DNA from: Planctomycetota bacterium
Lineage (GTDB): Bacteria > Planctomycetota > PLA2 > JAEUHO01
Assembly: GCA_965222115.1 (NCBI GenBank)
Contig: CBDCTJ010000007.1
Span: 2,208,001 to 2,272,000, forward strand
Length of the DNA: 64,000 nucleotides
Reading direction: 5' to 3'
Shown: in pieces, positions 9,267 to 19,100 of the stretch
How positions within the stretch are numbered: position 1 is the first letter of the stretch
Layout of the letters: each line of letters begins with the position of its first letter
Made by a program: the position numbers and the translations under genes
Notes under the pieces: model-generated
Database searches by the model: none
Seen by the model: the letters and a program-made list of their open reading frames with translations, nothing else
What the model was told of the DNA's origin: nothing

Positions 9267-9959
9267 TTAGCGGCTGCGGAAGCGCTCGGTCATCTCTTCC
9301 AAGACTTCGGCGAAGTGGATGGAGATGCGTGTGGCCTTGTTTCGGAAGTATTGGTAGGCCGTAACCGCGGGAATCGCTACCAACAATCCCAAGAACGTGG
9401 TGACGAGCGCGGCAGAAATACCACCGGCAAGGTCGGCTGGCGTGACCTTGGCACCCTTTTCCACGATTGTTTCGAACGCCGTGATCATACCCGACACCGT
9501 ACCGAACAGGCCGAGCATGGGTGCCACGTTGGAGAGGAAGAGCATCCAGCTCACCTTTTGCTGCAGCTTGACCGCTTCCACGCCCGCGGCTGCATCGACG
9601 GCTTCCTTCACTTTGGGATAGCCTTCGTTCAATCGGGGCAGCCCCGCCGCCAACGAGCGCGTCACGAAGTTGGGCTCGGACTCGCAGAGTTCGAGTGCTT
9701 CTTGGTACTCGTCTTCTTCCAGCAATGCTTCCACCTCGTCGATGATCTCGGGGGGGCAGAGCTTGTCGGCGCGGACGTTTACGGCGTACTCAATAATGAG
9801 GGCCACCGTAGCGATGGACAGGGCGATAATCACCCAACCAATGGCGCCGCCATCCTCGAGAATGCCGCCGATGGACATCGCGTGAGCGTCGGGAGCAAAC
9901 GCCAAGGTGCATACCGAGGCGAAACCTAGTGAAACGATCAAAGTGCTGAGCTTGGGCAT
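9267..9959 (-). CDS. exbB: MotA/TolQ/ExbB proton channel family protein
   Basis: 'NVAPMLGLFGTVSGMITAF' and 'LAGGISAALVTTFLGLLVAIPA'; ATG 9959 preceded by GGAG; signal-like N-terminus ending AHA. Confidence 0.93.
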   Translation of the reverse strand: MPKLSTLIVSLGFASVCTLAFAPDAHAMSIGGILEDGGAIGWVIIALSIATVALIIEYAVNVRADKLCPPEIIDEVEALLEEDEYQEALELCESEPNFVTRSLAAGLPRLNEGYPKVKEAVDAAAGVEAVKLQQKVSWMLFLSNVAPMLGLFGTVSGMITAFETIVEKGAKVTPADLAGGISAALVTTFLGLLVAIPAVTAYQYFRNKATRISIHFAEVLEEMTERFRSR

Positions 9960-10369
9960 GGCCGCATGGACTCCGAAAACTGGGACCACGAGGGTTGGGT
10001 GAAAACGCGGAGGACTCCCTCGATTCCGTCCGCGACCAATACGTGAAATCCTGAACTGAATGTTCGTTGGTTGAAAATTCGTCGACCCGAGACGATTGAT
10101 TGGAGGGCGAGTGCTCCCAGCGTCGCTATCGCGCTACGAGAACCCGCCACCCAATTCGACGCGCGTCAGATGACGCTGCCGCCGATCTACCTGCCTCCGG
10201 GCGAGCCGAAGCGTACCCGATCGCAGGAAATGCCGCTACTTCCGGCGAGCCCGGATTAATCGTGAAGTACGCGCCGCGCCGTTTCCGGTGCGATGAACGT
10301 GGTTCATGAGCGTCTGGGATTCGATTGGATCTGGGATTGGATATCGCCCGGAATCGGATGTTGAGCGCC

Positions 10370-11755
10370 CTACTTGCTCGCCCAGCTCGTCTTGCCGAAA
10401 CGTTCCGACAGAAGACGCGTGGCGGAGGCCTTGAGACCCTCGTACATCTTGCGAACACCGGCGTCCTTTGCCGCGGCGGCCGCCTTTTCCGCCGCTTGGG
10501 CGAGGTAATAGCAGGCGCGACCCGACTGATCGGGGTCACCAAGCAGATACTTCACCGTAACGGCGCGAAATCGAATGATGGCTTCTGCGAATTGGCCTTC
10601 CTCGAGGAACGCACGGCCAATGCCATTGAGCACAATGGACTGGACGCGCGGATCGCGAGCGCCCGCTACAAGCGCGGCGAGACTCTCCTTCTTGAGCTTG
10701 CTGCCAAACTCCTCGCGGAGCGCTTCGGGCGAATTGCCCATCAAGAAGGTTCGCAACGATTGATAACCGGCCGCGTTGTTGGCCTTCTCTGCATCCGCCA
10801 TGCGAATAATCGCCATGCGGCTCCGCGCCAAACTGAAGAACCGCCCGTACTCCTTTTGGAAATATGGCAATGCCTCGTTTTCAAGACGGGTGCGCATCAC
10901 AGTGGCCGCGGCGTTATAGGCCGAGCTGGCTTTGTTCTTGTCGCCCTTTGCTTCTTCGATGGTGCCCAAGCCAACTTTTGCTTCATAAGCCCAGCGAGGA
11001 TGCAGTGGAACTTGAATTGCTGCCGAGTACAAGGCGTCAAATGCTTCGCGCGCCTCGTCGTACTTCTTCAACCCGACAAGCGTCAATGCCTTTACATGCA
11101 TGGCATGGGGATAGAAGCGACTCGCGCCGTCCTTGAACCGTTCCAGGAATCCACCTGTGGTTACACCCTTTTCTGCATCGGGGATAGGCATGTCGTCCAA
11201 GCACATGAGGACCTTTTGAAACAGGTCGAGGTCGTCGTTTTGCTTGGCCTTTTCGTAGAGGGCGCGCACGTAGTAATAGTGCGCGTATTCGGATTCCCAC
11301 GCGGGGCGCGCTTTCTTACCGGGAGGATCGCCCGCCGAGAAGGATGAGAACTTTTCATCGCCTGAATCGGGATCCTTATAGATCCCGCCACCGTGAACGC
11401 GTCGAAGTTGTTCAAGTGCTTCGTCATAGTTTCCACGACGAAGTTCACTAATCCCATTTTGAAGACGCTGGGAGTCGGCGCTGTCCTTGCGCTCGATGCG
11501 TTCCACAAGACGGGCCGGCACGCTCTCCTCGGCACCCTTGGGCCGCGTTCGGTATTTCACTTCTGCCCACGACTCGGAGGTGATCTCCGACGCGCGAATC
11601 GAACGTACGCGATTTGTGTTTGGATCGCGCGTGATGATCTCATCAGCCGCGGCTGTCGTGGCTGTGGCCCACACGGCCATCAGTGCCACGGCGGCTGTCA
11701 CACTTAAACGAGTCGTCACACTCGAACGAAACGTCGATTGCATGAATGATTTCAT
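10370..11755 (-). CDS. Exported TPR-like protein
   Basis: Signal peptide ending 'ATATTAAA-DEII'; TPR-like helices 'KKYDEAREAFDAL', 'NGIGRAFLEEGQFAEAIIRF', 'RACYYLAQA'; AAGGA upstream of ATG 11755. Confidence 0.75.
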   Translation of the reverse strand: MKSFMQSTFRSSVTTRLSVTAAVALMAVWATATTAAADEIITRDPNTNRVRSIRASEITSESWAEVKYRTRPKGAEESVPARLVERIERKDSADSQRLQNGISELRRGNYDEALEQLRRVHGGGIYKDPDSGDEKFSSFSAGDPPGKKARPAWESEYAHYYYVRALYEKAKQNDDLDLFQKVLMCLDDMPIPDAEKGVTTGGFLERFKDGASRFYPHAMHVKALTLVGLKKYDEAREAFDALYSAAIQVPLHPRWAYEAKVGLGTIEEAKGDKNKASSAYNAAATVMRTRLENEALPYFQKEYGRFFSLARSRMAIIRMADAEKANNAAGYQSLRTFLMGNSPEALREEFGSKLKKESLAALVAGARDPRVQSIVLNGIGRAFLEEGQFAEAIIRFRAVTVKYLLGDPDQSGRACYYLAQAAEKAAAAAKDAGVRKMYEGLKASATRLLSERFGKTSWASK

Positions 11756-11842
11756 CGTTGGGGACATCCTTACGTGAGTCAAGGCGAATGCACTTCTGCG
11801 CGTCGTCGGACGGGGCGCGCGACCGTTGCTTTGCGAAGCCAT

Positions 11843-14800
11843 CTAGTTATCTTCCGTGGCGGGCTGTGTGGAACCCGCTGCTTTCGGCATTGGGACCGTG
11901 TCCGCGGACATGCTGAGCTTCATACGTAGCGTCTCAATGCGCTTGCTCAGCGCGGTGAACTCCTCCGGGGTTTCCGGTCGAACGCCTACGCCCACCGTGG
12001 GGTCGCCCATCGCAAGGCGCTTGAGCAACCTTGTTGAGAGTTCAGCCTTCTCTTTGGCATCGCCGGAGTCACCGCTCACGCTTTGAAGCATTTCGGCCCA
12101 CTTGGTGGCGGCGGCGGCGCGAATGATCTGCGCGCTCCACCACTCGGCGCTTCCGTCTTCCACACCAAACTGACGCGACTTCACCAATCCCTCGCACAAA
12201 CGCAGGGCCTTGGGTTTGTCTTCCAGGCGCTCCGACTCGGAGTACACCCAGGCAAGCGCCAAGCGGAAGTCGATGGTGTCGTTGGCGTGCAACTTGTAAA
12301 ACGCAGAGTCGAATCCACAGGGGTGAAAACTGGCCACCACTTGCTTGGCTTCACGCTCGGGCTGAGCGCGTGTGACGTAGGTACGGAAGTGTTCGACGCC
12401 GGCGAGGTAGCGTCGGTTGGCCGCGTCATTGGCAAATACAGGCACCGCAAAGCCACCACTCTTGCCAAGTGTCTGCGCCACTTGCTTAAGTTCGGCCACG
12501 GTCTTGACTCGGGGCAGCACGTAGCGGCGACTGACATTGTCAACATTGCTTGTCCATCGCACGACCGCGTAATCGCCCTTGATATGTCCAACGAGCAAGT
12601 CCGTATTGGCGGAAACATTGGCAATACCCGCCTGCAAGCGCTCAAGCGCTTTACCGACAAGTTTCCTTCGTTCCTCGTTTGAATCGGCACGCCGTGCCAA
12701 CTCGTAATACACGGTCCCGAGCCATCCCGTGACCTCTTGGCGATCCGACTCTTTGGTGCCCTCAAAGTTCAAGTAATCCTCGGCCAACTCCTTGCACCGT
12801 TCCCAGTTCTCCTTGACTTCGGGCCGCAACTTGGCCGCCTTCAAATAGTTGTGGGCAAAGATCTTGACGTTTGCGGGGTTCTGCTTGACGCCCGACTTCT
12901 TGCGCTCGATGTAGAGACGGTAGTAGTAGCCCACAGAACGTGCACGCGGGTCATAGATCTTGAGCTTGAGTTCGGCCAACTCGTTGTCGAGCGCGGCCTT
13001 GCGCGTGATGAGTTCACCTTCTTCGGCCACAAACTTGTTGATCTTCTCGTTCAGGCGTTTGATGTCGGCCTTGGCTTCGGGAATGCCCTTGGATGCCTCT
13101 TCGAAGTCGGCTTTGGACACACCAAAGTCTTCGCCCTCCGTCTGCTGCTTCTCCCAGATTTTTATGGCCTGCTCGTATTTCCCGATCAGGTTCTTGACGT
13201 CACCGACGCGCTCACGCGCCTTGAAGATGAGATCACCCGTGGACTTGATTTTCTTGTTGAGCCCCATTGGCTGCTCACGGGTCCCGTACAACTCTTGCGT
13301 AATCTCGCGAATGCGCGTCTCAAACACCTTTGCTTTGCCGGCAAAGTGCTTGGCCATGGAACTCGTGATGCTGTCAAGTCGCGGGTAGGTGGCATCGGCT
13401 TCGATAAGCTGCGTTAAGTACCGTTCGGCCTTGTCTACCTCACCCTTGCCAATGTGGGCAAGCACGAGGTGGCCAAGCGTGCCGGCGTAGATCTGCTTCT
13501 GACCGCCACTGCCGTTTTTGAACTGGCTATACTTGGCGTGAAAGCCATCCAAGGTCTTGAGGATCTCGTCGAACTGTTCCTGTTTGTAGTGCGCCTCCGC
13601 TTTCCAATAGAGCGCCTCGCCAAGAGCCGCCTGACGCCGACTGGCAACCGTAGCGAACTTGGCAGCCTGGTCCTTGGCCTCCTTGGAGTTCCAGTAGGCG
13701 GTCGCAGCCTCGAATGCCTTTAGGCTGCCATTCCAGTCATCTTGCTCGTGGGCAACGCGCATGAGCTGTACCCATGCCGCGTCTTGTCGCGGGTGGGAGG
13801 GGTCTTGCGTTACTTGCTTGAACAACGGAATGGAATCTTGATACGCCTTCTTCCAGCCCGACGCCTTAGTGCGTTTCTGCTTACGTGCCTTGCTCAGTGC
13901 CTCGCGGGCTTCATCCCAAATCGTGCGGGCACCCGAAGGATGGTTGGGGTAGTCGGTTTGGAAACTCTTACGAATATCGGCGAAGCGTTTCCGGTAGGCC
14001 TCGTCGCCGGTGAGTTCATAGAGTTGCTTCCATTTGCGCATGGCCGTCTGGCGGAAGTTGCCCATGGCGATCATGTTCTGATCGGTCGCCGTACCGTCGG
14101 TCGGCAACAAGCCGTCCATCCAGATTTCATGCAGCGCGTCATACGCCAGAGCACAACCAACGAGGTCGCCGCTTGATTCGGCGGCTCTGGCAATCTTCTG
14201 CCATGACGGAACAATGAGTTCCTTGATGGACGCTTCGTCTTTGTTGGAGGCGAGGATCGCTTCTTGGAACGTGCTTATGGCTTCATCCCACTTTTCTTGG
14301 GCGTAGAAACTCTTGCCGATGCGCTCCAACACCTTGGGGTCGGCGCGGCTTGCCCCCCCGCTACCGCCCATCACGATTTCTTGAAGCAATGCGTTGGCAC
14401 GATTCTCAAGATAACCCTTTCCTTCGGTACGGGCGAACGCAGCAGCCTTGTTGGCATATTCGGTAGCCTCGGTGGTGCGTTCACGAAGAAGCTCAATGCG
14501 TGCCAATTCGATGAGGGCGAGTATGCCGTCGTCGTATTTGCCAGCGCGCGGCACGAGCTTGAGCATCTGTCCCACAACCTTGGACGCATCTTTGTAGAAA
14601 TTATAGCCCGCAATGCGGCCCGCTTGGCGGCACGTGCGCGCGTAGAGGTAGTAGCCGCGGCAGATGATCCGCTCTTCGTCGTTCGATACATTGTCCGTTT
14701 GCATGACGGTGTCGAACCACTCATTGGCAAAGCGGTAGTTTTCTTTCTTTTGCTCGTCATCCGTGGCGCATTTGGCCAACTCCACGTAGTTCTTCCCGTA

Positions 14801-15562
14801 GATCAACGCCGCGTGTACGGCAACAAGTTGTCCGTCTCGGAGCGTGATGTAGTCCTCAAGTGCATTGCCGGCGCTCTTGAATGCGTTGACCGCAGCTTCG
14901 CTGCAGCGTTCCATGACCAATGCGCGATAGTGTTGGCAGCGTACCCATTCAAACTGGGCGATCTCGGCGCGCAGGGGTGCGTCTTGGGCGTCGTGGCCCT
15001 CGCGCAAACCATCAAAGTATGAGATGGCCTTTTCCACCATGGATTTGGCATCGCTGATGACCGTCTCGACGTCGGTCTTGCGCTTCTTTAGACGCTCAGC
15101 GTCGGGGGCGAGCGTTTCGCGCGCCCAAATCACGAATCCCAATCGCGTGCGACCTGCGCTCATCTTGGCCTCAAGCGCGCGCGGGTGGCTGGGGTTGTTC
15201 TCTGCGAACTTCTCCATCGCCTGGCTCGCCTGCTCGTAGGCGGCAAGCACATCTTTGTAGGGCACGCTGGAGCGACCCCGCAAACCGTCAGCACGTTGAC
15301 TATCGAGACGCGCGAGGCCGTACCGCGCGAGTTCCTTTTGCTCGTCGGTGCCGGTCGCCAGGCTGTTTTCCAAAACTTGGCGTGCGTACACGAAGTAAAA
15401 GTCCTTACCCCTTCGCTTGCCAAGTTCTGCGAGTTTCTGGGCGAACTCGAAGTCATCTGCGCCGGCTTCTGCGTGGGGTTGCCATGCGGGACACGCCAAG
15501 GCGAGCGCCAACGCTAGGGATAGATAAATCGGGGTGCGAGCAACGCGTGACATGGAGTTCAT
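11843..15562 (-). CDS. Large exported alpha-helical/TPR-like protein with central coiled coil
   Basis: 1239-aa ORF; signal peptide 'IYLSLALALALACPAWQPHAEA'; TPR-like 'IGKSFYAQEKWDEAISTFQEA' and 'EALYWKAEAHYKQEQFDE'; heptad-rich K/E stretch around aa 745-870. Confidence 0.8.
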   Translation of the reverse strand: MNSMSRVARTPIYLSLALALALACPAWQPHAEAGADDFEFAQKLAELGKRRGKDFYFVYARQVLENSLATGTDEQKELARYGLARLDSQRADGLRGRSSVPYKDVLAAYEQASQAMEKFAENNPSHPRALEAKMSAGRTRLGFVIWARETLAPDAERLKKRKTDVETVISDAKSMVEKAISYFDGLREGHDAQDAPLRAEIAQFEWVRCQHYRALVMERCSEAAVNAFKSAGNALEDYITLRDGQLVAVHAALIYGKNYVELAKCATDDEQKKENYRFANEWFDTVMQTDNVSNDEERIICRGYYLYARTCRQAGRIAGYNFYKDASKVVGQMLKLVPRAGKYDDGILALIELARIELLRERTTEATEYANKAAAFARTEGKGYLENRANALLQEIVMGGSGGASRADPKVLERIGKSFYAQEKWDEAISTFQEAILASNKDEASIKELIVPSWQKIARAAESSGDLVGCALAYDALHEIWMDGLLPTDGTATDQNMIAMGNFRQTAMRKWKQLYELTGDEAYRKRFADIRKSFQTDYPNHPSGARTIWDEAREALSKARKQKRTKASGWKKAYQDSIPLFKQVTQDPSHPRQDAAWVQLMRVAHEQDDWNGSLKAFEAATAYWNSKEAKDQAAKFATVASRRQAALGEALYWKAEAHYKQEQFDEILKTLDGFHAKYSQFKNGSGGQKQIYAGTLGHLVLAHIGKGEVDKAERYLTQLIEADATYPRLDSITSSMAKHFAGKAKVFETRIREITQELYGTREQPMGLNKKIKSTGDLIFKARERVGDVKNLIGKYEQAIKIWEKQQTEGEDFGVSKADFEEASKGIPEAKADIKRLNEKINKFVAEEGELITRKAALDNELAELKLKIYDPRARSVGYYYRLYIERKKSGVKQNPANVKIFAHNYLKAAKLRPEVKENWERCKELAEDYLNFEGTKESDRQEVTGWLGTVYYELARRADSNEERRKLVGKALERLQAGIANVSANTDLLVGHIKGDYAVVRWTSNVDNVSRRYVLPRVKTVAELKQVAQTLGKSGGFAVPVFANDAANRRYLAGVEHFRTYVTRAQPEREAKQVVASFHPCGFDSAFYKLHANDTIDFRLALAWVYSESERLEDKPKALRLCEGLVKSRQFGVEDGSAEWWSAQIIRAAAATKWAEMLQSVSGDSGDAKEKAELSTRLLKRLAMGDPTVGVGVRPETPEEFTALSKRIETLRMKLSMSADTVPMPKAAGSTQPATEDN

Positions 15563-15726
15563 GAGATAGGGGACCTCGCGGTACAGAAGCCGAATAGGAG
15601 ATACGCGCGAATAGAACCAGATCGCCCATGCTCATGGATTGGGATTCCATGAAGCGGGCGAAGCCTTACCCAGCGCGCACGTCGCGATCGCGCCGAAACG
15701 GCGCATGGAGATGTGCTCGCATCCAA

Positions 15727-15768
15727 GAACACGTATCCCAGGACACGTATTTCGGGACACGTATTTCG
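15727..15768. repeat. 14-bp direct repeat x3 (ggacacgtatttcg)
   Basis: gaacacgtatccca / ggacacgtatttcg / ggacacgtatttcg in the intergenic region upstream of the 15562 gene. Confidence 0.8.
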
Positions 15769-16089
15769 GGTTACGAACGGCGGCATTCTAAGGATGCGCC
15801 CTCTGACGGTCAATGCGACCCAAGGCACCCGCCGCGATTGCTTCCCCAAAACCAAGCAGGACGACCCGAACTCAGAAACCCGAAGGGCAGCAATTCGACG
15901 GGCAGGGCATCCGCGCAAAACGAAGAAAGCCTCACCGCTTCACGGCGAGGCCAGAACGGGCGTCGGGTCGGACGACCTGCACAGCAGTATACACGTGAAT
16001 TCCAACGATGCAAGCCCGCATGACGATCGCGAGCATTGACGGCCTGTGGCGACTCGCAGCACCTGCCACCTCGCTTCCGCGAACCCAAC

Positions 16090-16135
16090 AAAAATGAGCG
16101 AAGGCCTTGAACCCTTCGATTCAAGGCCTTCTTTT
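16090..16135. terminator. Probable (bidirectional) intrinsic terminator after secretin 2
   Basis: Perfect 12-bp stem gaaggccttgaa (16100-16111)/ttcaaggccttc (16120-16131); tttt follows on +, gctcattttt on -. Confidence 0.7.
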
Positions 16136-16172
16136 CGCCACTCGGACGGGTCTCGCTACATCCCCGGATCGA

Positions 16173-19100
16173 CTAGCCGCCGGGGATCATCATGGGCACG
16201 GGCTCCATCATGGGCATCATCGGATCACACGGCGAACAAGGCGGCGCGGGATTCACGATGACGGGCTCGCACGGATCGCACACGTTGCAGGGTGCGGGCG
16301 CGGGCTCCACCATGACCGGAGCAGCCACGGGGCAAGGCACCGGCTCGGCCGGAATGTTGCACTGACCGCCTTCGCAGTCATCGCAATCTTCAAAGTCCAC
16401 GATGGGCACGTAGTCGCGTACGTCGAGCGGGGGGATGTCCAAGTTGTCCTTGGGCTCGCGCTCGGACAGCGAGACAACATTCGCACGCACCAAGATCATC
16501 AGGTTGCGGCGATTGACGAAGTTGCCCTTTCGCGTGAGCAGCATCGAGAGAATCGGAATCTTGGAGAGAATCGGTACTCCGCTCTCACGCACATCCTTCT
16601 CGTAGAACTTCATGCCGCCGATCAGCAACGTGCCGCCATCGGGCATGGTCACTGTTGTGCGGACCTTGCTCACTCGCAACTCGGGAATCTGCAATGTGAC
16701 GGGTGCGTTGGCACCAATCGGGCCCGATGCCAAGTTCGTGGTGAACTCGCCGATGGGACGAACCACTGTGGCAACGGTGGGGCGCAGTTCAAGCTGAATG
16801 AAACGACGGTCTGCCGAGACAACCGGGCGCACATCCAATACGACACCTTCCTGAATGGTCTGGATGACCGGGTTGGCGATATTGGACGCCTGGGCAATCT
16901 CAACTTCGTAGTCCTGCACATACGAAATCTGGTTGAGCACCGACACGTTGGCGCGCTGCGTGTTGTAAACCGTAATGCGCGGTGCGGTAATCTCCTGGAT
17001 GCGCTCCGACTTCTCAACCGCGCGAAGAATGACTTCTACGGCGGTGTCATCGAGGTAGGTGTGCTGGAAGGAGAGGCCACCCGTGTTGCGCAAGCGGTCG
17101 GGATCGCCGAAGCGACGAACCACGGTGTCGAAGAGGTTCTCGACACGACCGGCGTACGCGCCGTCGGAGTTGTCGTTGTAGAAGATACCGGCGTCGTTTG
17201 CCGTACCGACCGAGCTGGGCTCGGGGTTGGTACCAAACGGGACACCTGACGGGTTCGCCGACGTGCCAAAGAACACGTCATCGATTACGACGGGCGGACC
17301 CGAACCCTGTGTCTGGACCGGATTGACGCCGCTACCCAAGCCACGCACGTCTACACCTACGTCGCGCAGGAAGTTGTCTTCCGCGGTGAGGAAGCGCACT
17401 TCGAGGTCCACGAGAATGCCGCTGTTTGCGCGCAACTGACGAAGCAAATCGGAAATCTGTGCGTGGATCGCGGGCGTATTGCGCACGATCAGGATGTTGT
17501 TGCGGGGCTCGATGCTGGCGGGCTCTTCCCAGGCCGGCTCACCACCAATGGTGGTCTTGATCAGTTCGACCAAGTTTTCCGCAGCAATGATGGGCTCGGG
17601 TTCGGGGAGCTCAGGGGGTTCGGGTGCTGCGAAGTTCGACGGGACAAGATTGATGTCTTGGCCGATGAAATTCTGAATGGCTACGGCGAGGTCCTTGACG
17701 TCGTAGTAGTCAAGCTTCATCGTCTCCTGAACTTCGTCGGGCATGCTGATGTAAATCACGCCGCCGCGCGGGCCCCAACGCAGGTCGTACTGGCTGGTGA
17801 GCACGTCGAGCAGGTTGTAGACACTCACGTCGTCGAGTTCGAGCGTGAGTTCGATCTCTTCACCCTTCTCATCGCGCACCTTCGGCGTGACGTGGAAGTT
17901 GAGACCGGTGTAGACGCGGAGGTACTCGACGGCGCGGTCGAGCGTGGCGCCTTCCCACACAAGGCCCTTGACGCGCTTCTTGCGAAGTACGGCCATGACG
18001 GCTTCATTGGCAACGTCGGTTTCGCCCACGTCGCTGTCGCCCACGGAACGAGGCGTGCGGATGGCGATGTCTTCCAACCAGTTATCGGGGAAGCGAACCA
18101 CGTCGATCTGAGGAAGGGCGCTGCGCTCGAGGTCGAGCATGATGCTCTTCCATTGGTTGTCAAAGCGACGACGGTTCTCTACCTGGTTCTTCATGTGTTC
18201 CGCGTCGTGCGACATCTCAATGATGCGATTCGCGTCACAGTTGCCGGGGTCGGAGCGCAAGATGTTCTTGGCGTAGGTGCGAGCGAGTTCGTATTCGCCA
18301 CGGCGGAAGGCGCGGTGTGCACCCTCAAACCAACTGCGGATACGCGCCATGCGTTGTTCGCGAATGCCCGCGAGTTCGATTTCCTTTTCTTCTTGGGCAT
18401 CACGAATCTGCTCTTGGCGGTTGCGACGCTCCAAGACTTCGGCTTGGTACGACGTGTTGTCAATCAAGTCGCGAATGGCGGCGGCGCTCGTTCCAAAGTC
18501 ACCGGTCTCGTCGTACCAAGAAATGATGGCCAAGGCTTTTTGGAATTCCTTGACGGCTTCCTTGTAACGCTCTTCACCGGCAAGTTGAGTACCGTTGTTC
18601 AGATGCTTGCGCACTTCAGTAGAGGCCTGATCGCGGCGCACTTGCGATACCGACGTGCGGTCTTCGTGGTACTGATCGGCAGTGGATGCACGGTTGGGAG
18701 AAAGGCCGTGCCAGCCTTCGCGGGCAGCTTCGCTCTGCGGATCAATCTGAAGCGCCTTATAGAAGAAGTCGCGCGCCGCGTCCAAATCGCCAACCTCAAC
18801 GGCCGCACGACCTTTCTTTACGTACTGTTCGACGAGGAACTGATTGCGGCTACTGATGACATTGCCCATGTCTTCGGGCGTCATGCCACCCGCGGGACCC
18901 GCGTCACCATTGTCTGGTGATGGGGCTGGTAGGCCTTCCATGGTTGGACTGCTTCCGGCTGCACTACCCGACGTATCACCTGTTACCGGTGCAATGGCCG
19001 GAACAACGGGTGCAGCGGGCTGCATGAATGGAATCGCAGCAGCGGCATGGTTGGCAGCCGTGGTCGCTTCGACAACTGTGCCGTGTACTGCGTTACCGGC

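Noticed and set aside
17463-18920. 485-aa + strand ORF and similar long ORFs (3882-4793, 10325-11347, 22706-23638, 37481-38341, 47446-48420)
   Set aside because: Antisense shadows of well-supported genes; high GC and codon bias suppress stops on the opposite strand; no motifs.
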